Of a stretch of 64,000 bases of DNA, positions 36,522-45,700 are shown piece by piece. The position numbers were made by a program, and so were the translations under genes. Positions within the stretch are counted from its first letter, which is position 1. The number at the start of each line of letters is the position of its first letter. The notes beneath the pieces were generated by a model. It had not been told where the DNA came from. It did no database searches and was given only the letters and a program-made list of their open reading frames with translations. Source of the stretch: Sphingobacteriia bacterium. GTDB taxonomy: Bacteria; Bacteroidota; Bacteroidia; Chitinophagales; Chitinophagaceae. The stretch is taken from NCBI GenBank assembly GCA_947452295.1, contig CANGCK010000013.1, positions 872 to 64,871 of the forward strand, read 5' to 3'.

Positions 36522-36529
36522 TACCTTTG
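36522..36529 (+). promoter_or_regulatory. Bacteroidota -7 promoter box (TAnnTTTG) for the first PTPS gene
   Basis: tacctttg lies 18 nt upstream of ATG 36548 and inside the 45-codon N-terminal extension of the track ORF. Confidence 0.4.
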
Positions 36530-36547
36530 CAAAAATTTTTGATCAGC

Positions 36548-36955
36548 ATGGTGTACCTAACCAGATTAGAGCAATTTAACGCAGCCCATAAATTATACAA
36601 TCCTAAATGGCCTAAAGAACAAAATGAAGCTGTTTTTGGCGTTTGTGCAAATGACAACTGGCATGGTCATAATTATGATCTTTTTGTTACTATAAAAGGA
36701 GAACCGCATCCCGATACTGGTTTTTTATTTGATGTTAAACAGTTAAGTAAGCTTATTAAAGAACATGTGATTGATTATTTAGACCATAAAAATCTAAATT
36801 TAGATGTCCCTTTTATGGAGGGAAAAATGTGCAGCACCGAAAATTTAGCCATAGCTATATGGGATGAATTAACTAAATTTTTACCAGATTCAGTATCGCT
36901 ACATTGTGTTAAATTATATGAAACACAACGTATATATGTGGAGTATTTTGGCTAA
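36548..36955 (+). CDS. 6-pyruvoyl-tetrahydropterin synthase family protein, paralog 1 (C-x5-HGH type)
   Basis: FNAAHKL, CANDNWHGHNY, DHKNLNLDV, STENLAIAIW and YETQRIYVEY; 135 aa from ATG 36548. Confidence 0.85.
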   Translation: MVYLTRLEQFNAAHKLYNPKWPKEQNEAVFGVCANDNWHGHNYDLFVTIKGEPHPDTGFLFDVKQLSKLIKEHVIDYLDHKNLNLDVPFMEGKMCSTENLAIAIWDELTKFLPDSVSLHCVKLYETQRIYVEYFG

Positions 36956-37194
36956 TTAATCGTATATTGTTAAACAGTTTTAAATAAAAAACAATTTGTT
37001 TAATTATTTCCTAAAGTAGTTTAAACAAATTAACTCATTTTGCGTTGTATTAATTGATTTATATGGGGCACTTGATCAGCACACTTCTGAAACAGTCCTC
37101 TAAATAGAGTTATAGCTTATCATTTCGTAAGAAAAAATAGTGATTAAAGTCCTTAAAGGTGATAGGTGTACACTTTTATGAAATTGTATTAAAA

Positions 37195-37611
37195 ATGACC
37201 CAACATAAAGTAGCAGTTTTTAGAAAAGAGCATTTCAATGCTGCACATCGTTTAAATAATCCAAACTGGAGTGTTGAACGGAATAAAGAAGTATTTGGAT
37301 TGTGTAATAACGATAATTATCATGGGCACAATTACGAGTTAACAGTACAGGTTACTGGTGAAATCAATATTGAAACGGGTTATGTAGTTGACTTGAAAAT
37401 ATTAAGCGATTTAATAAGAGTTGAAGTACTTAACAGATTTGATCATAAAAATTTGAATTTAGATACGGTAGAATTTAGAGATTTAAATCCTACAGTAGAA
37501 AACATAGCAGTTGTTATTTATGAACTATTGCGCAATAAATTAGAACGTCAATTAGACTTAAAAATTAGATTACATGAAACAGAAAGAAACTTTGTCGAAT
37601 ATCCGTCTTAA
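37195..37611 (+). CDS. 6-pyruvoyl-tetrahydropterin synthase family protein, paralog 2 (C-x5-HGH type)
   Basis: FNAAHRL, CNNDNYHGHNY, DHKNLNLD, TVENIAVVIY and HETERNFVEY; 138 aa from ATG 37195. Confidence 0.85.
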   Translation: MTQHKVAVFRKEHFNAAHRLNNPNWSVERNKEVFGLCNNDNYHGHNYELTVQVTGEINIETGYVVDLKILSDLIRVEVLNRFDHKNLNLDTVEFRDLNPTVENIAVVIYELLRNKLERQLDLKIRLHETERNFVEYPS

Positions 37612-38293
37612 TGGCGATAAAATAGAATTTAGTGACTCTATGATAGATGAAATGGGAGACAGTCATATCATGACTACCGTTGAAACACCGATGCGCGCAG
37701 ATGCTTTTCTAAAATCTGACGAAGAAAAAATTGCCATTATTCAAGAGCATTTTAAAGCCATAATGGAAACCATGGGATTAGATTTGACCGATGATAGCTT
37801 GAAAGGTACACCTAAGCGAGTTGCTAAAATGTATATTCAGGAAATTTTCAATGGATTAAATCCTGCTAATAAGCCAATGGTTGCATTATTCGACAATAAG
37901 TACCAGTACAATGAAATGTTGGTAGAAAAAAATATTTCATTTTACAGTAATTGTGAGCACCATTTTGTACCAATTATTGGGAAAGCACATGTAGCATATA
38001 TAAGTAGCGGTAAAGTAATTGGTTTAAGTAAGTTGAATCGGTTGGTTGAATATTATGCCAAGCGCCCGCAAGTACAAGAACGTTTAACCATGCAAATTGC
38101 CAAAGAATTACAATCGGCACTAGAAACGGAAGATGTGGCAATTTTGATTGATGCTAAACATTTATGCGTAGCTAGCAGGGGGGTAGAAGATGATACTTCC
38201 TCTACCATAACTGCATTTTATGGAGGTAAGTTCAAACAAGAAGCAACAAAAAATGAATTTTTAAAGTATTTAGACTTTAATACTACTTTTTAA
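37574..38293 (+). CDS. folE: GTP cyclohydrolase I (FolE type)
   Basis: GTPKRVAKMY, CEHHFVP and RPQVQERLT motifs. ATG 37574 overlaps the upstream PTPS gene by 38 nt; ATG 37640 is an alternative start. Confidence 0.9.
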   Translation: MKQKETLSNIRLNGDKIEFSDSMIDEMGDSHIMTTVETPMRADAFLKSDEEKIAIIQEHFKAIMETMGLDLTDDSLKGTPKRVAKMYIQEIFNGLNPANKPMVALFDNKYQYNEMLVEKNISFYSNCEHHFVPIIGKAHVAYISSGKVIGLSKLNRLVEYYAKRPQVQERLTMQIAKELQSALETEDVAILIDAKHLCVASRGVEDDTSSTITAFYGGKFKQEATKNEFLKYLDFNTTF

Positions 38294-38323
38294 TTAGGTT
38301 GATTGTAAATAATATCTATGGAT

Positions 38324-38370
38324 AAAGGGTTTTCAGTTTTTTAATTTACTTAAAAAATTGAAAACCCTTT
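38324..38370 (+). terminator. Long hairpin (20-bp arms, one mismatch) between folE and fabD; probable terminator or attenuator
   Basis: aaagggttttcagtttttta (38324-38343) / taaaaaattgaaaacccttt (38351-38370), loop atttact. Confidence 0.55.
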
Positions 38371-38395
38371 ACTTTGCCAATAAAACTTACAATCA

Positions 38396-39292
38396 ATGTC
38401 AAAACATGCTTTTGTATTCCCCGGACAGGGTGCACAGTTTTCCGGAATGGGAAAAAATTTGTACGAATCTAATAGTGCAGTAAAAGAGTTATTTGAACAA
38501 GCCAATGATATATTAGGGTTCCGTATAAGCGATGTAATGTTTGAAGGTACTGATGAAGAACTTAAGCAGACAAACATTACGCAGCCTGCTGTTTTTTTAC
38601 ATTCAGTTGCTGCTTTTAAAACACTTGAAAATGCTCAGCCAAGTATGGTAGCGGGCCATTCTTTGGGTGAGTTTTCTGCACTAGTAGCCAATGGGGTACT
38701 AGGATTTGAAGATGCACTTAAATTAGTGAGTATTCGTGCAAAAGCTATGCAGAAAGCCTGTGAATTAAATCCATCAACTATGGCAGCTGTTTTGAACTTG
38801 CCCGATGATAAAGTGGAAGAAATTTGCAATCAAATTCAGCAAGAAATTGGAGAAGTAGTAGTTGCTGCAAATTACAATTGTCCGGGTCAATTGGTAATCA
38901 GTGGCTCAATCAATGCCATTGAATTAGCTTGTAATAAAATGAAGGAAGCTGGTGCTAAACGTGCATTGGTATTGCCTGTCGGTGGCGCCTTTCACTCGCC
39001 ATTGATGGCACCTGCAAAAGAAGAATTGGCAGAAGCAATTCATGCTGCTACATTTAACAATCCTTCCTGCGCTGTTTACCAAAATGTGGTTGCAAAAGCA
39101 GTATTAGATCCGCTAGAAATTAAAAAGAACCTTATAGAGCAGCTTACCGGTGCAGTTAAATGGACGCAATGTGTGCAAGCAATGGTAACCGATGGTGCGG
39201 CTCATTTTACTGAATGTGGTCCAGGTAAAGTTTTACAAGGACTTGTAGGTAAAATCGCAGGTAGTACTATTATTACAGACGGAATAAGTTAA
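38396..39292 (+). CDS. fabD: Malonyl-CoA:ACP transacylase
   Basis: FVFPGQGAQ, the active-site GHSLGE motif and GGAFHSPLM. Confidence 0.92.
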   Translation: MSKHAFVFPGQGAQFSGMGKNLYESNSAVKELFEQANDILGFRISDVMFEGTDEELKQTNITQPAVFLHSVAAFKTLENAQPSMVAGHSLGEFSALVANGVLGFEDALKLVSIRAKAMQKACELNPSTMAAVLNLPDDKVEEICNQIQQEIGEVVVAANYNCPGQLVISGSINAIELACNKMKEAGAKRALVLPVGGAFHSPLMAPAKEELAEAIHAATFNNPSCAVYQNVVAKAVLDPLEIKKNLIEQLTGAVKWTQCVQAMVTDGAAHFTECGPGKVLQGLVGKIAGSTIITDGIS

Positions 39293-39760
39293 TTATTGAA
39301 ACATGATGCTGCAATTAACCCACTCGGGGTCGAAGGTAGCATTATACTTCTTGTAGAATTCTATGGCAGGTGTATTCCAATCGAGCACCTGCCAAACTAT
39401 TCCGTTTAATTTTTTTTCCGTGGCTTCTGCAATCAATTGATCGAAAAGTAATTTGCCGATTTTTCTTCCGCGCATTTTTTCTGTAACCAATATGTCTTCT
39501 AAATACATACGCTGACCTTTCCATGTACTATATCTGATGTAATAAAGGGCAAAACCATGAATCTGTTTATTGCCATCGGAAAAGGTTTCTTCAGCTACAA
39601 AACCCCACCAAACCGGATTTAATCCAAAACCACTTTCTTCAAAGTGGGCAAGTGTTACAGTAACTTCGTCGGGCGCTTTTTCATAAACGGCTAGTTCTGT
39701 AATTAGTTCCAATATGCGGGAACAATCATTCTTTTCAGCTCTTCTGATTTGAATATGCAT
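39293..39760 (-). CDS. GNAT-family N-acetyltransferase (diamine/spermidine acetyltransferase-like)
   Basis: Acetyl-CoA-binding motif VTEKMRGRKIGKLL; 155 aa. Confidence 0.75.
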   Translation of the reverse strand: MHIQIRRAEKNDCSRILELITELAVYEKAPDEVTVTLAHFEESGFGLNPVWWGFVAEETFSDGNKQIHGFALYYIRYSTWKGQRMYLEDILVTEKMRGRKIGKLLFDQLIAEATEKKLNGIVWQVLDWNTPAIEFYKKYNATFDPEWVNCSIMFQ

Positions 39761-39793
39761 AAAATAAGTGGCCTAAGTTTTTATTATAATTTG

Positions 39794-41011
39794 TTATTTC
39801 AAGGATTCACTAAAATCGTTCAAAATATCTTCAATATTTTCTATGCCAACACTTAAACGAATAAGTCCATCAGAAATGTCGGCTTTCAACCTTTCTTCTC
39901 TTGGTATGCCCATATGGCTCATGCTTGCAGGATGAGACAACAATGTGTCGGGTGTGCCAAAGGAAATTGCACGTACACACATTTTAAGTTGATTGATGAA
40001 TTTTCGTCCGGCATCTATCCCCCCCTTTAATTCAAAACTCATCAATGCACCTGGATGGCGCATTTGTTTTTTGGCAATTGCATGATCTGGGTGCGTAGTT
40101 AATCCACTGTAGTTTACTTTTTCCACTGCCGGGTGTTCCGATAAAAAATGGGCTAATTGCATTGCATTTGAACAATGTCTTTCCATTCTTAATTCCAAAG
40201 TTTTCATCCCTTGGGCAAGTAAAAAAGCATCAAAAGGATTGCTGTTACCACCTAAAAGCACATGCCATTTCCAAATCGAACTGTTCATTTTATCTAAATC
40301 AGTTCCTAATAATACCCCGCCAATAGCTGTTCCATGACCATTTAAAAATTTGGTGGTCGAATGCATTACAAAATCGGCGCCATATTTAAAAGGTTGTTGT
40401 AAATAGGGCGTTGCAGCTGTATTATCTACCGAAACCAAAATACCATATTTTTTAGCCAGAGAACTTATCATTGCTATATCAACACATCGCAATGTGGGGT
40501 TAGAAGGGGTTTCTATATGAATGAGTTTAATAGAATGATTGGTCTTTAAGGCAGCTTCTACTAATTCTGGTTGATGTAGATCTATGAGTATAGTTTCTAT
40601 ATTATTATTGGCCAATACTTTTAAAAGTAATTCATGGGTGCCGCCATATAAAGCAGGATGCGATAGTACTACGTCCCCTGCTTTTAAAGTACCTAAAAAC
40701 AATGTGGTGAGTGCTGCTTGGCCACTTGAATGTAATAGTGCTTTTGCTTTAAGTGGATTTCCAGCACTGTCTGTTAAACCAAATGTTTCTAGTGCAGCAA
40801 TTGTTTCTTCTGCCACCGTAAAACTTGGATTACCCCAACGACTATAAATTTTTGTTTTATCGCTGCCAGCAAAACGTTCACTTCCTTCTTCTGCTGTATC
40901 AAAAGTAAAAGTAGAGCTGGCATGAATTGGTGTAAGGTGAGCATGGTCGGCATTATTATGTCCAGATGCATGAATGGCGGTTGAGCCGATGCCTTTAAAA
41001 TTAGTACTCAT
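39794..41011 (-). CDS. Cys/Met-metabolism PLP-dependent enzyme (O-acetylhomoserine sulfhydrylase / methionine gamma-lyase family)
   Basis: PLP-lysine motif HSTTKFLNGHG and N-terminal IHASSTFTF. Start set at ATG 41011, because the track start GTG 41032 lies inside the adjacent palindrome. Confidence 0.85.
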   Translation of the reverse strand: MSTNFKGIGSTAIHASGHNNADHAHLTPIHASSTFTFDTAEEGSERFAGSDKTKIYSRWGNPSFTVAEETIAALETFGLTDSAGNPLKAKALLHSSGQAALTTLFLGTLKAGDVVLSHPALYGGTHELLLKVLANNNIETILIDLHQPELVEAALKTNHSIKLIHIETPSNPTLRCVDIAMISSLAKKYGILVSVDNTAATPYLQQPFKYGADFVMHSTTKFLNGHGTAIGGVLLGTDLDKMNSSIWKWHVLLGGNSNPFDAFLLAQGMKTLELRMERHCSNAMQLAHFLSEHPAVEKVNYSGLTTHPDHAIAKKQMRHPGALMSFELKGGIDAGRKFINQLKMCVRAISFGTPDTLLSHPASMSHMGIPREERLKADISDGLIRLSVGIENIEDILNDFSESLK

Positions 41012-41027
41012 AATCAATAAGTTATAT

Positions 41028-41059
41028 CCCACCCGTCAGACCATGGTCTGACGGGTGGG
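41028..41059. repeat. 32-nt perfect palindrome sharing the 18-nt core GTCAGACCATGGTCTGAC with the element at 34743
   Basis: cccacccgtcagacca|tggtctgacgggtggg, located between the fabH stop and the next minus-strand gene start. Confidence 0.8.
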
Positions 41060-41073
41060 CGCTGAAAAAAATA

Positions 41074-42063
41074 TTAATAAGCCCATTTAACCAATGTAGC
41101 ACCCCAAGTAAATCCTCCACCAAAAGCTGCTAATACTATATTATCACCTTTCTTTAATTTACTTTCCCAATCCCACAAGCATAGCGGTAGTGTTGCCGCT
41201 GTTGTATTGCCATATTTTTGAATGTTAATCATTACTTTCTCTTTAGCCAATCCCATCCTGTTGGCAGTAGCATCAATAATTCTCAAATTAGCCTGGTGTG
41301 GTACCAACCAATCTATATCATCTCCCGTAAGGTTGTTTCTTTCTAATAATTCAGCACTTACATCGGCCATTCCTTTTACAGCAAACTTAAACACAGTTTG
41401 GCCTTCTTGAAAAGCATAGTGTTCTTTAGCCATTACAGTTTCAATTGTGGCTGGTTTCAAAGAACCGCCTGCTTTTATATGTAAGAAATCTCTACCGCTG
41501 CCATCACTTTTTAAGATACTGTCTTTAATGCCATTTTCATCGGTTGAAGGTTGCAATAAAACGGCTCCAGCTCCATCTCCAAAAATAATGCAAGTTGCCC
41601 TATCGGTATAATCTATAATGGCACTCATTTTATCTACTCCAACCACAATAATGTTTTTAAATCGACCGCTTTCTATGTACATGGCACCTGTGCTTAATGC
41701 AAATAAAAAGCCACTGCATGCTGCACTTAAATCAAACCCCCAGGCGTTGGTTGCACCTATTTTATCAGCAATAATAACAGCTGTTGCAGGAAAAGTCATA
41801 TCAGGAGTAACTGTTGCACAAATAATGCAGTCAATCTCTTTGGGATCCATGTTTTTCTTACGTAAAATTTCTTGAATAGCAGGTACGGCCATATCACTAC
41901 TAGCCTTGCCGGGCTCTTTTAAAATTCTTCTCTCTTCTATACCTGTCCTACTTCTGATCCATTCATCGTTGGTTTCTACCATTTTCTCAAGATCAAAGTT
42001 GGTTAGCTTAGTTTCGGGTACATAACCGCCTACTGCGGTAATTGCTGCTGTTGGTTTATTCAT
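41074..42063 (-). CDS. fabH: 3-oxoacyl-ACP synthase III
   Basis: Catalytic triad contexts AACSGF, VPHQANLRI and GNTTAATLP; 329 aa. Confidence 0.92.
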   Translation of the reverse strand: MNKPTAAITAVGGYVPETKLTNFDLEKMVETNDEWIRSRTGIEERRILKEPGKASSDMAVPAIQEILRKKNMDPKEIDCIICATVTPDMTFPATAVIIADKIGATNAWGFDLSAACSGFLFALSTGAMYIESGRFKNIIVVGVDKMSAIIDYTDRATCIIFGDGAGAVLLQPSTDENGIKDSILKSDGSGRDFLHIKAGGSLKPATIETVMAKEHYAFQEGQTVFKFAVKGMADVSAELLERNNLTGDDIDWLVPHQANLRIIDATANRMGLAKEKVMINIQKYGNTTAATLPLCLWDWESKLKKGDNIVLAAFGGGFTWGATLVKWAY

Positions 42064-42145
42064 GAATTATTAACTTGATATATATTATATTATTTATTAT
42101 CTTCACATAAAACCATAAAGATAAAGCTAATTGCTTTCTTTTTGC

Positions 42146-42153
42146 TAATTTTG
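42146..42153 (+). promoter_or_regulatory. Bacteroidota -7 promoter box (TAnnTTTG) for ruvA
   Basis: taattttg ends 10 nt before ATG 42163, which supports the shorter ruvA model. Confidence 0.4.
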
Positions 42154-42162
42154 CAGCCATTT

Positions 42163-42747
42163 ATGATAGCTTTTGTTAAAGGAATATTTGCAGTTAAAAC
42201 CCCCGCCCGTATTGTAGTGGATGTAAATGGCGTGGGGTATGAATTGAATATAAGCCTTAACACTTATTCTGCAATAAGTAGCAAAGAATCTGGTCAGTTG
42301 TATACCTATTTGCATATAACTGAAAACGCGCATACTTTGTATGGTTTTGCTGAATTGAATGAAAAAGAGCTTTTTTTGCAATTGATTAGTGTATCAGGAG
42401 TAGGTGCTTCAACTGCAAGAATGATGCTTTCTGGTATGCGTCCCGATGAAATTACTAGAGCAATTGTTCAGGGAAATACCAAACAATTAGAAAGTATTAA
42501 AGGCATTGGCAAAAAATCTGCTGAACGATTAATAGTTGAGTTGAGAGACAAGCTGGGCAAGCAAGCAATGGACACACCATTAACAGGATTTAGTATTCAA
42601 CAGAATGATGTAGATGCTGTGAATGCATTAATATCACTGGGTATAGGAAGGGTAATGGCGGAACAAGCAGTTAAAAAAGTTGTTCAGCAACAATCTAATG
42701 ACCTTTCAATAGAAGATATAATTAAACAAGCACTAAAAAATTTGTAA
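42163..42747 (+). CDS. ruvA: Holliday junction branch migration complex subunit RuvA
   Basis: MIAFVKGIF...VVDVNGVGYEL N-terminus; HhH motifs SVSGVGASTARMML and IKGIGKKSAERL. Confidence 0.9.
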   Translation: MIAFVKGIFAVKTPARIVVDVNGVGYELNISLNTYSAISSKESGQLYTYLHITENAHTLYGFAELNEKELFLQLISVSGVGASTARMMLSGMRPDEITRAIVQGNTKQLESIKGIGKKSAERLIVELRDKLGKQAMDTPLTGFSIQQNDVDAVNALISLGIGRVMAEQAVKKVVQQQSNDLSIEDIIKQALKNL

Positions 42748-42784
42748 CATATAGCATAAAACTCTACCCAACAAAGCTTTTTTT

Positions 42785-45700
42785 TTGAAAACTCCAAATA
42801 TCTTACTTGTAGCATATTTGCTATTCTGTTGTGTAAGTTTATCTGCGCAACAATCAGACTCATTGCGTTATCCTATCAGTGATAGAAGAGGCGACTTATT
42901 TTCTTCAAAAAGTAATAACCCCTTTGATCTGAGAGATACCAACTTAATTAAGCAATCTGTACAATACGATCCTACTACCAAAACTTATTTTATTCAGGAA
43001 AAGATAGGAGGAAGAAACTACCGAAAGCCGGTTAATTTAACTTTCGATGAGTACATGCAGATTCAATCTAAAAATGATGAAACTGAATACTTCAAAAAAA
43101 GAGCAGATGCATTAACTCAACTGAATAAGAAAACACCACGTCCACCAATGCGTGCCTATGAAAAATTATTTGATAGAATTTTTGGAATTGGTAGCGAAAA
43201 TTTAAAATCAGCCCTTCCCAGCTTAGGCGCAATTAATGACAAAGTAAAATCCGTTGTAAACATAAAAGACCAAGTAACCGATGGCGCTAAAAAATTAAAA
43301 GACCAGCTGAAAGATGGCAATAAAAAAATAAACGATCTGGTTGCAGACCCACTTTCAAATCCTTTCAAGTTTGATATTAAACCAAGTGGTGAAGTAAATA
43401 TTTTGGCTGGCTATCAAGGACAAAATATTAAAAATCCTACGCTGCCGGAACGTGCAAGAAAAAATGGTGGGTTTGATTTTGACATGAATGCCAATCTTAA
43501 TTTAAATGCCAATATTGGTGATAAATTAAAATTCCCTATCAACTATAATACACTCTCAAACCTAGGTTTCGATAACCAGTTAAAGCTGAATTATAAAGGG
43601 ATGGATGATGAAATCATTAAAACCTTAGAAGCAGGTAATATTAATTTCCAAACAAAATCTACTTTAATTACTAGTGCGCAAAATTTATTTGGGGTAAAAT
43701 CGCAATTACAATTTGGTAAATTGTTTGTTACTGCAGCTTTGGCCAATCAGCGTTCTAGCAGACAATCGGTTGGATTACAAGGTGGTGCTGCTACGCAGGC
43801 TTTTCAAAAGCGTTTAGATGATTATGAGGAAAATCGTCACTTCTTATTGGCCAATTATTTCCGGACCAACTACAATAAGACGATGAAAAATTTGCCTGTA
43901 GTAAATTCTCAAGTGCAAATTCAGCGCGTTGAAGTTTGGGTAACCAATAGAACGGGCGCAACTACAGAAGCTAGAGATATTGTGGGATTGACTGATTTAG
44001 GCGAACCCAATCCATATAATCCAGTAACACATTCTTACGGTGGAAATCAATTGCCTGCAAATGGTGCCAATGATTTATTTAGTTCATTAGTTAGCAATCC
44101 AAATGCCAGAAATCCGGCTTTTGTAAATAGTTTATTATTGAGCAAAGGACTAAGGCCTGTTGATGATTATGAAAAAACATTTGCCCGAAAACTTTCTCCG
44201 AATGAATATTATTTTAATCCACAAGCAGGTTTTATTTCAATCAACTCACAATTGCAGTCCGATGAAGTATTAGCAATTGCATATCAGTATACCTACAATG
44301 GTAAAGTATTTCAGGTGGGTGAATTTTCTCAGGATATTGCATTAGATTCTAACCGAGGTGTTCAAAAAGTGTTGTTTTTGAAATTATTAAAAGCAACTTC
44401 ACAAAGAACTGAATCTCCACTTTGGGGATTGATGATGAAAAATGTTTACTCGTTAGATTTGTTTGGTGGAATTCAGCGCGATGAATTTAAATTGAATGTT
44501 TTATACGAAGAACCAAGCGGTGGTTTAAAACGATATCTTCCAGAAACCTCACCAGCTGCAGATGGTAAATCTTTACTTAGAATTTTAAACTTAGATCGCT
44601 TAAATAATAGAAATGATCCCCAGCCAGATGGTGTATTTGATTATATTGAAGGGTTCACCATTTTGCCTCAATTAGGTAGAGTAGTATTTCCAGTATTAGA
44701 ACCATTTGGTAGAGATTTAGATACGCTTGCTTTTGCAGGAATGTCTACCGCCACTAAAAAGAAATACATATACTATCAATTGTATGATTCTATTAAAGCA
44801 ATTGCACAAACTTATGCTAACTTAAATCGCTTTGTGATGCAGGGCCAGGTGAAGGGCAGCAGTGGTGGATCTGAAATTTATTTAAATGCCTTTAATATAC
44901 CGCAAGGATCTGTTTCGGTAACTGCCGGTGGTCAGGTACTTAGAGAAGGTAGAGATTATATTGTTGACTATAATTTAGGGACAGTTAAAATTATCAATCA
45001 GGGGTTATTAAGTTCTAATATTCCTGTTAAAGTTTCTTTTGAAAATAATATTGGATTTGGTGTTCAACAGCGTGGGTTTACCGGATTGAGGTTAGATTAT
45101 ATTGCCAATAAAAAATTCAATTGGGGCGCAACCATGGTGAAGTTGGGCGAACGTCCATTCTTTACTAAAATGAGTTATGGCGATGATCCTATTAAAAACA
45201 CCATGTATGGGTTTGATTTTAGTTATCGAAATTCTTTTCCTGGATTAACTCGCATGCTGAATAGATTACCTTTCTATGAAACAAAAGCAAAATCTTCTAT
45301 CAGTGCTTATGGTGAAGTGGCTGTATTAAAACCAGGACATCCATCTCAAATAGGACAGGGCGATCAGGGTCTTATATTTATTGATGATTTTGAGGGTACA
45401 AGGGCTAGCATTGATTTGCGTTTCCCTTATACTTCATGGGTTATGGCATCTACTCCGCAAGGCAATCCTCGATTTCCTGAAGCTATTTTAACTGATAGTC
45501 TTGATTATAATAAGAACAGGGCAAAACTTGCATGGTATAATATTGAACCAAATTTGCAGGATAAAAACAGTACGAATAATCCATTGCGTAAAAATTTAGT
45601 AGAATTGAGCGACCCAAGAGTTCGTCAAATATTTACCAATGAACTCTTTCCTCAAAGAACTACAAATATTACCGATGTTCAAGCTGCTACCTTTGATTTA

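Noticed and set aside
36413-36547. N-terminal extensions proposed by the ORF track (starts at 124, 6364, 24082, 30806, 36413, 37159, 41032, 42142, 54798, 58582 and 62627).
   Set aside because: The extensions overlap upstream genes, promoter boxes or palindromes. They use GTG/TTG codons or add non-homologous hydrophobic junk before a canonical family N-terminus or signal peptide. Internal ATG starts were preferred, and some uncertainty remains.
36956-37194. Possible preQ1, THF or other pterin-related riboswitch in the 239-bp spacer between the two PTPS genes.
   Set aside because: I could not match any riboswitch consensus that I can recall, and only short weak hairpins such as ctcta-aa-tagag are present. 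A covariance-model scan would be needed.
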